A stretch of 64,000 nt of DNA from Octopus vulgaris (Eukaryota), in contig OX597818.1 of the NCBI GenBank assembly GCA_951406725.2, positions 21,762,001 through 21,826,000 on the forward strand, read 5' to 3'. Numbering within the stretch: position 1 is the first letter of the stretch; the number at the start of each line of letters is the position of its first letter. Of this stretch, positions 1 to 12,533 are shown piece by piece. The position numbers and the translations under genes are program-made. A model generated the notes under the pieces. The model was not told the DNA's origin, made no database searches, and saw only the letters and a list, made by a program, of their open reading frames with translations.

Positions 1-283
1 CCATCAGACACTTTTGCATGGAAACCTGAAGAAAAACCAGTTCCTAAAGAAACAATTCCTACAAGTGCCTTTACTTATAAACCACTTTCGACTGCTGAAA
101 GCGATGTTACATTTGCTGCCAACGTACCTGCTTCTACTGATTTCTCATCTACAACTCCTAAAGATCTCTATTCTCCTCCCCCTGCAGGTCTCAAAACAAT
201 GATTATTAACAAATCTGAAGAAAAACTTCACAAGCTCCCTCCAACACAGAGTCCTGATATTATTCTTTTACAGAAACGAAGAG
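1..283 (+). CDS. SORBS/CAP: CAP/SORBS (sorbin and SH3 domain-containing protein) coding exon, 5'-truncated by the window edge; P/S/T-rich region ending LPPTQSPDIILLQKRR
   Basis: Frame 1 is open from base 1 (PSDTFAWKPEEK...LLQKRR). Donor AG|GTAATG at 284, phase 1, joins in frame to 16980 to give LLQKRR-AGEIPKGAMYL, which resembles the TLLQKAREGQLPRGA-type motif upstream of SoHo in invertebrate CAP. Confidence 0.85.
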
Positions 284-2261
284 GTAATGCACATACACAT
301 ATATGTTCCTTCATGTTGTTCATGAAAATAATTTCAATCACCACTTTAACCCCACCACTAAAAAAAGATATTTCCCCCATTAAACTAAAAAAAAAATAAA
401 TTTAAAAAAATTTTTTAAATGTATTTTTTCCAGAGGTTTCCTTATTTCTTAAATGCATGCTTCATATGGGCTGAATTTATGTATTTTATTACATCATTTT
501 TTCTGAACAACTGTTATAGGGAAAGCTAATCTGACATCTTGCCTGTCCTCTATTTTCTAGCATGGTTCTGTTATTTAGAACTTTCTAGATGTTTTCCATG
601 ATATTTCATTCAAACTAGACTTTGATTTATAAAGATAGATTAAATTCTGTATTTTTTTTCATTGGTATTATAAATGGTAATGTAAAGCTAGATTTAGTAA
701 ATTATGTTATTTGAGCAGATAAAATAAAGGCTGAATTTTACTAAAGCAAAGGATTAAGACCATGATACTTTTTTAAAATGTAATGTTTTAATAAAATTCA
801 ATAGGTTTCATCATATTTATGTGTTACAAAAGCAATATTATCTGATTTTTTCCTTATCTATTACTTAACACCCAAATTTACATTACTAAACATTCCCACT
901 TAAACACTACTAAACTTTCCCAATAAAAATCATTCCCGTTTGCTTTGTGTTTCTAGCACAGTGTGATAAGCATTCAATTCAGTTGAAAATCAATAAATTA
1001 AACTTTATTCTAGTTTCCATTAGTCTTCAAAATTTAATATCCATTTGTTTATTATTTTCTTCATTATTTAACATATAAAAAAAAGTATTGTTTAATTAAC
1101 ATAGTTTAATAGCTTTATCACAATCTAAGATTTTGAATCTAAAACATATGACCTTTATTTCAAAAGACAATAGGAGAATTTGTAGAGAGAGAGCTCCAGA
1201 TGCTACATTGAACAGATGACACACCCTTATTGGCATAATATATTCTTATGGAGCTAGCATGGGAAATATTTTAACAAATGTTTACACAGCTGAATGCTTT
1301 ACATACTGTAGCCAACTTAAACATTTCCTTCCAAAGCAAGTGAAGGACAAGTTAAATAATACTACTTTGCATATCACTTAAACATAGTGGCAAGGTGTGC
1401 ATGGTTTTAATGTCAGTAGTTCAGTGCTTATAACCTCATTGTTGCTGTATATGTAAAAATGTGTTAAGAATAAAAGAACGAGCGTGTTCTGAGTTCAAAT
1501 ACCACCAAGGTTGACTTTGCCTTTTGTCCTTTTGGAACCAGGCTGCTACTGGAGAAGGTATCACAGCATGTATCATTCAAGATGTGGGGGTCTCTCACTG
1601 CAAAACAGGAAAATTGTTATGCTGTTTAGCTTTTTACTACCCCTTCTATTCAACCCTTGCTGAAGCTGGAAAGGAAAGCCTATGGTGTCTAAGCCATGCT
1701 TTATTATCTCATTGAGAGCCATGTGGCATGGAAGGCAGCCAGCTCTATAATGGTATGACAATGGGTGGAGGCCAAAAGAGTCCACAGTGAGTTTGCAGCA
1801 GCATTTGTAAAACTCACAGATCCAGAGGCCAAGCCTCAGGGAAACACTAATGCAATGTAACTCAGCTTACTTAACAAAACATTCATGAAATAAGCAGTCC
1901 TACCCCATCTCACTCTGCCTACAGTAGATTGTGACATTTATGAGTCAGTGAGGAAACCTCTATGCAGTCACTTAATTTGCTAGAAGCAGCAGTCAAATCT
2001 TCCTCAAACCTTGCCATACTATCTTTAAAAAGGACACATTGAACAATGTAGTTCCCTGAAGTAGAAAAAAAGTGGTATTGTCATGTCCAAAATGCTTTCC
2101 ATGATAGGCATGAACTGTTGTTAAACAACAACACATATACAGCTTGATGAACTGAGCCAATGAGTATTGAAGTGTCTTGTTGCCTTGTACATAACAGATT
2201 ACAGAGTCAATGAATTGGCACAAACTCACATTCTTCAAATCAACACTCTTCAGCTCACTTT

Positions 2262-2590
2262 CCAACTATGTAGCTTTGTGTTCAGCTCTTTGGGCGTGTG
2301 TCTTCTGCTGTTGAGCCAAGCTAACTAATTTTTTGTGAGTGAATTTTATCGACAGAAATTGTTTTGAAGTACATCATATATTTGTGTGCGTTTGTGCTTT
2401 TGTGTTTGTCTCTTACTGCTTGATAATTAGTGTTGGTTTGTTTATTTCCTCTTTAACTTAGCACTTTGACAAAAAGAGACTGACAATAAGTATCAATATA
2501 AACAATGGGGTCAATTTGATCAACTAAATTTTTCAATGTGGTCCCCTAGCATGGTCACAGTACAATGACTTAAACAAATAAAAGAATAAA
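2262..2590 (+). mobile_element. Degenerate tRNA-derived SINE (family B here)
   Basis: Matches the copies at 34393, 53543 and 60789 (GTGTCTTCT..TTGTGAGTG..CAAAAGAGACTGA..AGCATGG..ATGACT..AAACAA). Confidence 0.7.
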
Positions 2591-3899
2591 TAAAAACAGA
2601 ATATGTCTTTGTAAGGGGTTTGATCTATCAGTTACAAGCTTAACATTTTATTCACTGGACATCTATCTTCTGGATTAAAGTTTGTTTCATAAAATCATTA
2701 TCTTCATTACTTTTACACACGTTTTTCCATGCTGACATGGATTGGATGTGTTGTCACAATCTGCATTTGTTCTTACTCAGCTTTACGACCTAGTCATTCA
2801 TCTTTCCACTCATTGCAGAACCTTGATATCTGGCACTATATGTCATTATTTTTGTTGAGAATTTTACAAATCATTTTATAATGTGGACTGGATGCATTAG
2901 AGTAAGTTGTCTCCCTAAAACTAGAGTCCCTTGATCATAAATTGTCTCCTTCCATTTCTCTTTTTTTTTTGTTGTTGGTGGGTTACACACAGAGTTACTC
3001 TTCCTATCACAGTTTTTTGATAGCTTGAATTGGTAGTATTTTGTCATACTACAGATGCTAGAGAGGCTTTCTGTGAATGGACTAAAGATTTCCATCTACT
3101 TAATATCAATCATTATTTTTATTGCACGTAATTTAGTTTAGGGTACTCAGTGTTAGTCTCGTTGCCATTACTATGGCTGAGGGCTCATATATTTCTATGA
3201 TTTTTATGGCTTCAAGAAGGTTTTGACCACCAAGAAGTTCATAATGACTATTTTAGTTTTCTAAAGCTAGCCAGCCTTAGAGTAGCAATGTCTCCATAGT
3301 ACTATTTGGTATGGTAGGGAGTTTTATAGAGGCAGCCTGGGAGTGATGATGTCCCCATGGTGCTTCATGGAAATGATGAGAGAGAACAAGCATTTAAGTG
3401 AAGGAGGCATAACTAAATTATTCAGTTTGGGTTTGACAGTAGTTAGGTGGGTGAGGATATCCAGGGAAGAAATAGGTTTTTTTGAGTATACCATAAACAT
3501 TTTTGCTTAAATTTGTTTACGTCTCAGTTAGTAATCTTGGGGAATTTGTATTCATTGGACTGTAAATAATAATTTGTTGATAAATAGATAGATAAATAGC
3601 TAGAAAAAAAAAGACCTTAGCTTCACTATTTCCTCATTCATTTCATCTCCAGGCTGGCAATTACAAAAATTACACATACACATGCATATACACACCTTGT
3701 GTGTGAGTGCATGTGTACATATATGCTTATGTATGTTTATATAGCAACCAGGATTAAAATCCTTACCTGTAGATTTTTTATAGCCAACCTTATTTGCTGA
3801 CTGTATTTATCAGTTGGTTACTAGGAATAATATATATTAATATCCTTTAATATAAGTGGACTGTTCCAGGATCAGGTTCTATTTCTCCAACCAACTGAC

Positions 3900-4195
3900 T
3901 GTTTTCCTAATTCTTTTTTTTCTTCTTTCCCATTTTCTTTTTATTAGTCTTATTAGTTTTTATCTCTCTTTTATTGTACTTTCTTCATGTCTTCTTTTTT
4001 CTATTATCTTTTAACCTGATCTTTTCATTATTTTCTTCCCTATCTTTTTCTTTTGATTTCTTTGTCTTTTCAATGCCTTCATTTCTTCATATATATCCTT
4101 CCTTCTTTTCTCTTTCTCTTTAATATTATTTACCTTCTCTTTCTCATCTATCTTTTCCTAACCATTCTCTTTTCTTTTCTTCTTTTTTGTTCACC
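3900..4195. repeat. Polypyrimidine (T/C-rich) low-complexity tract
   Basis: About 300 nt almost devoid of G on the + strand. Confidence 0.8.
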
Positions 4196-4612
4196 CCCTG
4201 TAACAATTACTCAGTCTACATAATTCTTGCTAACCTATTAATTGTTTAAGAATCAGATATATTCTGTTTCAAACTAATATCAGTGTATTTGACTTTTAAA
4301 ATATAACTCTAAATATCTGTTATACAATTTAAAAAAATAATATTATAGATTAACTTCAATTTTGAATAAATCATATTTAATTCCAAAACAGATTTTCATT
4401 ATATTTTCAAAGAAAACATTCTGAAAGTTAAAATATCTTTGCTGTCATTTCTTTTTTGTTTTTCTCTGTCTTTTTTTCTTTAAATTTTATACATTTATTC
4501 ATTTTATTTATTAATATATTTATGAATTTAATTTTTCTTCTTTTTCTCTTTGGTTCTTGTGTTTTATTTTCATTTCACCCCTTCCTATTTTTATGCATGT
4601 ATGGTTTTTCAG

Positions 4613-4678
4613 ATGAATCTAATCTACCACCTGTGGGCAAACCTAGTGTGGTAGGATCAACTGTGATGGTTTCTGAGG
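4613..4678 (+). CDS. SORBS/CAP: Candidate 66-nt symmetric (phase 1-1) cassette exon, (D)ESNLPPVGKPSVVGSTVMVSE
   Basis: Long T-rich tract and TTTTCAG acceptor (AG at 4611-4612); donor GG|GTAAGG at 4679; length divisible by 3; no stop in the required frame; more GC-rich than its flanks. Confidence 0.6.
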
Positions 4679-5224
4679 GTAAGGACTCATGTTTAGCTTC
4701 ACCTAATAATTGACATGAGTTATGTTCTGCACTGCCAATTAACCCTTGTAATGTATTTTTTTTTATCAGTTTCAAATTGGATGTTGCTGCTACTAATATA
4801 TATATGATGGGACCTTTATAAAAAAATATTTTTATTTATCATAAATGTGTATCATATTCTTTTTTACATGTCTAAAGGAAATCCTTTTATGACAATTAAC
4901 TATCTGAACACCAATTACTAATTAGATAGCTCACACTTTTTTATAAAAAAATTTAATAAGAACTAGTTGTGTGCTACCAGTCAGATCAATTGGTTGGGAC
5001 CTTCTACAAATGAGTGACGATATTTTATGAGAGAATAAAATTGAAAGGCCTGAAATAAATTGGTTTAATTGTCATTCATGATTTAAGTTGTTTTCTATGC
5101 TATTTGTTTAAGCAAACACTGGCTGAATCTGGAATATAGTTTTATCTTGTTGTTAATATTCTGTTTGTCATTGATTAATAATCATAATATGACATGTAAA
5201 ATATGAGTATAAACACTACAAATA

Positions 5225-5553
5225 TTCTTTTACTGGTTTTAGTTATTATCCTACAGCTATGATGGGGCACCATCTTCAAGGATTTTTAGTAATTTACATT
5301 GACTCCAGTGCTTATTACAGTCTGGTACTTATATTAACAACTTCTTTTATTAAATAGTTAAGTAACCTTTGACAAAAAGAGATGCAATATTGGTTTACAC
5401 CTTTCCATGTATAAAAATAAGTACAGACAAGACCACACACATGAAAGGTTTTTGCAGAAGTCAACAAAATTTGCTCAAAGTGCTGCACAATGGAATTGAA
5501 CTTGGAACCAAATGGTTGCAATGTGAACTTCTAAACAACTCAGCTATGCTGGC
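5225..5553 (-). mobile_element. SINE family B, reverse orientation
   Basis: Reverse complement of family B motifs (e.g. TGGAATTGAACTTGGAACCAAATGGTTG head; TTTACTGGTTTTAGTTATT tail). Confidence 0.65.
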
Positions 5554-5584
5554 ATCTTTTAGTACCAATGATATTGACAAGGGA

Positions 5585-5935
5585 ACCTATTCTTAGTCAT
5601 TCAACCTGCTAAAAATAACAACCAAATCTGCTTCGTATCATACCCTACTGTATTCTAAAAAGGAAAAGAGGAAGGATGCATTGGACAATGTCATCACTGA
5701 TATACAAAAAGATAAGATGGTCATGGCTGTAATGCTTTTAATTATATCTGCTCAGGGCTAAACAACAAAATGTAGTTGTTGTTTAACCCCAGCTCACCAC
5801 TGAATGAGAAATTCCACAATTAAAGTCTTTCTTGTCATGAATGATCTTATTTTTTATATCCAGGTTCATATTATCCAATACATTCTTCCAGTTATAAGAC
5901 AGTAGGTTGTGATTTGTGATAGTTCTGACTGCTGG
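5585..5935. mobile_element. Two SINE-like family C repeats in tail-to-tail inverted orientation
   Basis: ...CTCAGGGCTAAACAACAA is followed immediately by GTTGTTGTTTAACCCC...; both match the family seen at 40875-41305 and 15898-16080. Confidence 0.6.
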
Positions 5936-6046
5936 CTTTTTTAATATTTTAAATCAGAGCTTAAAAGGAAACTAGGGACTGGAAAATATTTTGTTTGGCA
6001 GCCTATCATTCTTGCCATTCCACTACCTTCCATAATGATAATAATA

Positions 6047-6262
6047 ATCCTTTCTATTGTAGGCACAAGGCCTGAAATTTTTGGGGAAGGGGCTAGTTGG
6101 TTGCATCAACTCCAGTACTCAGTTGGTACTTACTTTATTGATTCTGAAAAGATGAAAAGCAAAATCAACCTTGGCAGCATTTGAATTCAGAATATAAAGA
6201 GCTTGAAGAAATGCTACTGAGCATTTTGTCTGATGTGCTATTGGGTCTGCTAGTTCACTACC
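6047..6262 (-). mobile_element. SINE family A
   Basis: ATCCTTTCTA..GGCACAAGGCCTGAAATTTT..GGTACT..GATGAAAAGCAAAATCAACC..ATTTGAATTCAGAA; same family as 31100-31319; (AAT)n-associated. Confidence 0.8.
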
Positions 6263-7511
6263 ATAATAATAATAATAATAATGATAATGATGATGATAAT
6301 TTTTAAGATAGGTACAAGGCCACAAATTTATAGGAGGATGGCACAGTTGATTAAATTGACCCATGATACTTTGCTATATGTTATAAATTTGGGGGTCAGT
6401 GAATCAGTTTATTTAATTGCTAAACTAGTATTTATTTCATCAACCACTGAAAATTAAGACAACACTGTAACACAAGTGGTTTTATTCAGATTAGTTACAT
6501 AGAATTAGGTGGAGTGGCATTGGAAGAGTTAATCATATGTTTAGTTGTTGTTTAGCCTCAGATTATCCCTGACTAAGCAGACCAAAGGCATTGTAGCTAT
6601 TTCTAGCAGGTCGATAGACCATGTAGAGGCTCCCTCATTGGCTTGTATGTTTAGTTGAATACCTTGTTGAGATTTCAGATATGAAACAATTGTAGAAAAT
6701 AGTAATTTTTGGCTTTATATTTTTGTTTTTGCTTGCTCAATGCTACTTTGCCAAAGGCATTTATGAAATTTATTAATTATGCCTTTTATAATAAGAGATT
6801 GTTTATACTGTTTTTTGTCTTTTGCTTTATTTTTGACTTTTTATGCAAAAGTTTTTATTTCACTGAATTTATACAAATAATAATAATGATGTTTTTATTG
6901 GTGACAGGTATCCACCACCAAAAATATAAATTATATACTCCACAAAGAATTTTGAAATGTTTTGTGGTATGTGTGTGCATATGTTTTACTCATACACACA
7001 CACATTTTCCCTTGCTAGCATGGGTTGGAACAAAAACTTATTTCGGGAGCAATATTTTTATGGCTGGATGCTCTTCCTGTTGCTATGGGTTTACTAAAAT
7101 GAAATTTGGTAGATGAAAACTGTCATTTATATAAATTGTGTCATTTGTAGTCCTCCATGAAAGTATGTTTAAGCTGTTCATTGATCAATAGACTGTGGAG
7201 ATATATTGCTTTACTTGGAAACAGGTGAGAGTTGGCAATAGGAAGAGCATTGAGCTGTAGAAACATCTGTCTTAGTGAAGTCTCACCTAACCCATGTAGA
7301 TATTTGAAAGTAGCTATTAAAATGACATTAATGATGATGTACTCACAAGGGAGTGTGTTATTTGCAACATTCTATTTCACCTCATAGGCACTCAAACATA
7401 ACCGCTTGAAGGATATCTCTTTTGTGGGTAAATTTTCTGGAAATAGAAAATATGTAAATAAATAAAACCAATTCCTATCAGATTTATTTCTATTGCTATA
7501 ATATGAAACAT

Positions 7512-7845
7512 AGAGGAAGCTTACCAAATACCAGGACCTAGTAGCACAGTGCAGAAATCAGGGCTTGCAGACACATTGCAAACAGTAGCAGTGGGCTGTC
7601 AAGGTTTTGTAGGGCATTCATTCTGCAAAGCTCTGACTGGGCCAGCAAAGAGGAGGGTGACAAATTCCATTACTGAAGCTGCAGAGAAAACCACTAGGTG
7701 GCTTTGGATAAAGTGGGCAGACCAATGATTTGCTGCTATTGGGTCTACTGGGCAAGGGAGTCTGATTTTGAAAACCTAAAACCATTGAAATCCCAAAATT
7801 GTCATTGATGATACATCCTGGAGCACCTGTGAGATGATTATTAAA
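7512..7845 (+). mobile_element. 3' fragment of an RLE-type non-LTR retrotransposon (HERO/NeSL-like) with 3' UTR
   Basis: Translation across one frameshift: RKLTKYQDLVAQCRNQG...VAVGCQGFVGHSFCKALTGPAKRRVTNSITEAAEKTTRWLWIKWADQ*, matching the recalled HERO C-terminal motifs KYxxL, VEVGCRGF and EAAEKASRWLW. Confidence 0.7.
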
Positions 7846-8177
7846 ACAAACAAGCACTTAATAATAAGGAATTCATTCTATACCAACATATTTGAACTCT
7901 TCAAGGAAGGGAGCTACAAAAATTAAAATACTTATCATATTCCTTTCTATCATTGGTTGAGTACAGTGTCTATGCTGAAATATTGTCATATATGCATTGA
8001 ATATAGTGTTATAAATGAGTCAGTATTTGATGCTTGTTAATTACCAACATGGTAGAAAAGAAATTTCTTTAAATGTTTGCAAATCCTTATGAATTTTTGT
8101 CATAAGAAGCATTATGAACTTACGAATATTTTGTAATTTAAATGATATTTCACCTTACTCATGAATGTTTCATTCAC

Positions 8178-8395
8178 TTATGTATGTATATATATAAAAT
8201 TTCATATTTATATGTATATATATATATAAAATTTCACATATATATATGCAGCAGATAATATATATATATATATATATATGTGTATATATATAAAATTTCA
8301 TATATATATGTGTGTGTATGTGTGTAAAATTTCATATATATATGTATATATATAAAATTTCATTTATATATATATGTTCCTATGTATAAAATTTC

Positions 8396-8431
<36 letters not shown>

Positions 8432-8510
8432 ATGTATATATGTATGTATGTATATGTGTATATATATAATATATATATATAAAAATGTCACACACACACA
8501 CACACACATG
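8178..8510. repeat. Compound (TA)n/(TG)n microsatellite with six embedded TAAAATTTCA units
   Basis: Direct reading of the sequence. Confidence 0.9.
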
Positions 8511-9026
8511 TTTATGTATTCTATTTTGCAAGATTCTTAATATGAATGCATATTGAAGCATGTATTGTTATACTTGGGGATGGTCATCTTTTGCCAATTA
8601 ATCACATGCACTATTTACTTGATCATCACTTTAGTTTTATTATTATCTATTAGTTTATTTGTCCAGCAAAGTTCTTTCATGACACATTCTGTGACCTCTT
8701 CTGTCCCATGTGTCTCCTCTTGTCCTGCCTATTCCATTTTGTCCCAAAATAATAATAAACCTAGAGTGAAGATCAAATAAATAGTGCATTGTTTAATTGG
8801 CAAAAATTTCCCATTCCCAAGTATAACATATATATACAATGAATACCACATAGTTTAAGAGCATTTTAACAAAACACACACACCCCTCAGGGACAGAAGA
8901 ATGAGAAGGCAGTTGTCTGATGAATGGAATGTGAACTCTGATGTATAACAGGGCCATCTCCTTTATTTTTCTATATGTAAAGAGAATAACAAGGTGTATT
9001 TATATCTGTTTAAAATATCACTCTGA

Positions 9027-9098
9027 ATGTATTAAAAATCTAAGATAAAATTAAGTAATTCAACTGTTACTTGATTTTATCTTAGATTTCTGATACAT
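9027..9098. other. Near-perfect 32-bp inverted repeat with 8-nt loop (pre-miRNA-sized hairpin)
   Basis: Arms 9027-9058 and 9067-9098 are complementary at 29/32 positions. On the + strand RNA two of the three differences are G-U wobbles and one is an A-C mismatch. Confidence 0.85.
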
Positions 9099-9520
9099 GC
9101 TGTGTATCATAAATCCTATTTAGTAATCAACAAAAACCTATGTGTATCAAATCATCAATTATCTCATATATGCTTTATCATATTTGTCTCTCATTGTGTC
9201 ATGTTCTGATTGGAATGGTCTCTTTTAGTATCATGTAGATACTCTCTTAGTATTCTATTTCTACTGCAATAGTCTATATTTCTTATATAGTGTTTCTAAC
9301 TCATTAGTTCTTTAATTTCCACTTTTCTATGGCAGTAATATTGTGTATTTTAGCCACTATCATTCTAAGTAGTCTCTTTTTTTCATAGTGCAATACTTTT
9401 CATACAATAATAGTCATCTTTTAGTTCTACATTTCTAATACATTAGAATCTTGTAGACATATATTACTAATGTAGTCATCTTTAGTACATTGTGAAATAA
9501 TATTTACTTATCATGCATAT

Positions 9521-9625
9521 GACACACACGCACACACACACACTATATATATATATATAGATAGATATATATGTGTGTATCTATATGCATATATTTATAT
9601 ATATGTATGTATGCATGTGTGTGTG

Positions 9626-9676
<51 letters not shown>

Positions 9677-9793
9677 GCATATATATGTATGTATGTATGC
9701 ATATATATGTATGTATGTATGCATATATATGTATGTATGTATGCATATATATATGTATGTATGTATGTATGCATATATATATATGTATGTATC

Positions 9794-9828
<35 letters not shown>

Positions 9829-9858
9829 TGCATGTCTCTCTCTGAATACATACACACA
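9521..9858. repeat. (CA)n/(TA)n/(TATG)n compound microsatellite
   Basis: Direct reading; explains the YI/CMYV ORFs in the track. Confidence 0.95.
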
Positions 9859-10880
9859 TTGAAACATACTCAGTTATTCATACATGTCTATCTGCTTTCT
9901 TCCAATCTCCTTTTAAATTTTTCATTTATCTATGATTGTTATTATTTAAAAAATATGTATATTTAATTTCATGATATTTACTTTAAATTTACAAGTCATG
10001 CTTCAATTAACCTCACTTTTCAGCTCCCAACTATGACTAGCTTGAATATTTTAAGACCTGGTCTCTAAATATCATTTACCTTTTATCTCCTTCGTTATAG
10101 TATCTTCATGTTTACATGTTTCTTCCATTTCTGACAATTTTACTTGGACAATTGAAGAATGTATTCTTCTCAGTGTGCCTCCACAGTAGCTCTACCAAAC
10201 TGTTGTTTATTGTTAATCATTTGAATGGCTCTTTATAACCCTTATCTGTCAGGTTTTTGTCTGCATTTTCAAAAATATGTATTGCTCATGGCAATATTGT
10301 TTTTATATGAATGACACTTTCTTTTCAATCAAGTAATTGTAATATGCACCATCTAAAACTAATTGGATTAGTTTTAACTCGAGACATCTACAGTGTGAGA
10401 TCATTTTACTCTTTTATGAAATGTCTACTTGAAAACCAGTTTTTGTCAGAATTCTTCCACTGTAGTCTTATCTGAATTCTGCCAGCTAACTTGTAGAACC
10501 AAAGCTACAATAGCTTTCAGTTATTTTTGCAAGAGCAGATATCTGTTTATGTTCAATAGGAAGAAGCACTTCTATTTGAAAGGTCCCATCATATAAAGTA
10601 TGATGAATCCTTTGCACTTTTTCATTTTTATCAACTGTTCCATTCCAGGGTCAAACCAACACTTACCTTTGTCCATAACCCATTATTTTATTCCTGTTTG
10701 TTTTTACCAGATGTGATATCCCTACCCTCAATAAAAAACCATGCATGATTGCATACTGTTTTTTAAAATTGATATTGTTTTAAAAAAATCAATTACTAAG
10801 ATTTTAAATGATATATATTAGACATTATAAGCACCAGTTTGAGACAGAAAAGAACAACACACTGACTCACTGATTTTAAA

Positions 10881-11670
10881 TCATCATCATCATCGTTTAA
10901 CGTCCGCTTTCCATGCTAACATAGGTTGGACGGTTCAACTGGGGTCTGGGAAGTCAGAAGGCTGCACCAGGCCCAGTCTGATCTGGCAGTGTTTCTACAG
11001 CTGGATGCCCTTCCTAATGCCAACCACTCCGTGAGTGTAGTGGGTGGTTTTTACATGCCACCGGCGCAGGTGCCAGACGAGGCTGGCAATGGCCACGATC
11101 AGATGTGCTTTTTACGTGCCACCGGCACGGAAGCCAGACAGAGCTGGCAATGGCCACGATCGGATGGTGCTTTTTACATGCCACCGGCACGGAGGCCAGT
11201 CGGGGCGGTGCTGGCAACGGCCACGTTCAGATGGTTCTTGTACATGTCACCGGCTCTGGTATCACAACTATAATTTCCAATGATTTTGATCGATTTTGAT
11301 TTGGATTTGGATTTTCACTTGCCTCAACAGGTCTTCACAGGTAGAGTTTTGTGTCCCAAGAAGGAAAGGTATGCATAAGTGGACTGGCTACATCCCAGGT
11401 AGAGGCCACGGGTTATGGCCTCACTTGTCCTGCCGGGTGTTCTCACGCACAGTATACTTCCAAAGGTCTCGATCACTAGTCATTTCCTCGGTGAGCCCTA
11501 ATGTTCGAAGGTCGTGCTTCACCACCTCGTCCCAGGTTTTCCTGGGTCTACCTCTTCCACAGGTTCCCTTAACTGCTAGGGTGTAGCACTTTTTCACACA
11601 ACTATCTTCATCCATTCTCACCACATGACCATACCAGCACAAACGTCTCTCTTGCACACTACAACTGATG
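10881..11670 (-). mobile_element. 5'-truncated RTE-clade LINE (ORF C-terminus, 3' UTR with internal tandem units, (GAT)n tail)
   Basis: ORF 11421-11657(-): RRLCWYGHVVRMDEDSCVKKC...GRGRPRKTWDEVVKHDL...DRDLWK is a typical RTE C-terminus. Tail reads TCATCATCATCATC on the + strand; CpGs are retained. Confidence 0.9.
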
Positions 11671-12459
11671 CAAGAAAATCATGTACTCAATAATTTGGTT
11701 TTAGCTGTTATTTCTTGTTATAATCATTGGTCTCCAACTATGACATCATACTGTATTAGGCATAGTGGAATAGCATATTCTGCTAACATTGTTTGGCTAT
11801 GAAATAAAATAGTTAATATATCAGAAACAATTTATAATATTTATTTTCAGGAGATAGAACAGCTGATACTATGTAGTATAATTGATAATGCAGTCACAGC
11901 AAATGACAGATTTGTGGTTCAAGTTCCTACAGTGGACTTGTTGTTACTTTTTCTGTCATATTGGTGTTTATTATATCTAACGTTATTGACATTTTCTTAT
12001 TTGATTCCCTCTTGTCATCCTGTTGCATTTATTAAAAAAATTGTTGTGAGTTACTGTTATTGAATGTATTAAACATTTTTGCTGTGTCTTTCATTCCATA
12101 CATTATACTTCTGTTGTTTATTACTGGAATTACATATTTTACATTTTTTTTCTTTGATTATGGGTTGGGGAATTCTGCAAATTGAAGCATTTTTCAAACT
12201 TGTTGCATTCAGTTATTTTACCACTCAATACTCTAGTTAGTGCTAAAAGCCCATCCATTAAATAATAAAAGGCACTCGTTTCCAGCTAAGTTATACAAAA
12301 GCACTGAATTCATGTATCTTGTTCAGCACCATCACTACTAAAATCACTGCATCTTAAAAATTATTAAATGGTTTATTTTACCTTATATACAACAAATTCA
12401 ATCCAACTTTGAAGTTCAACTGCCATGATTTGCAAAAGAATAAAACTGAATGACTTTGT

Positions 12460-12533
12460 AGAAAAGATAACTTTGATTTTGGAGATGTACTTGGAAAAGA
12501 TAACTGATTTTGGACATGTACATTGAAAAGTAA
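12460..12533. repeat. Short tandem duplication (~30-32 bp, ~2.3 copies)
   Basis: GAAAAGATAACT(TT)GATTTTGGA(G/C)ATGTAC repeated. Confidence 0.75.

Noticed and set aside
6709-7116. 135-aa hydrophobic ORF
   Set aside because: F/I/L bias comes from T-rich intron and repeat sequence; non-ATG start; no splice support.
9543-9966. Six overlapping ORFs (YIYI/CMYV/HTYI)
   Set aside because: Translations of a (TA)n/(TATG)n microsatellite.
11044-11262. Regularly spaced GC-rich repeats superficially like a CRISPR array
   Set aside because: The whole unit is repeated with no unique spacers; it lies in an RTE LINE 3' UTR in eukaryotic DNA with no cas genes.
10926-11586. Several + strand ORFs up to 115 aa
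   Set aside because: Antisense or UTR frames of the RTE element.
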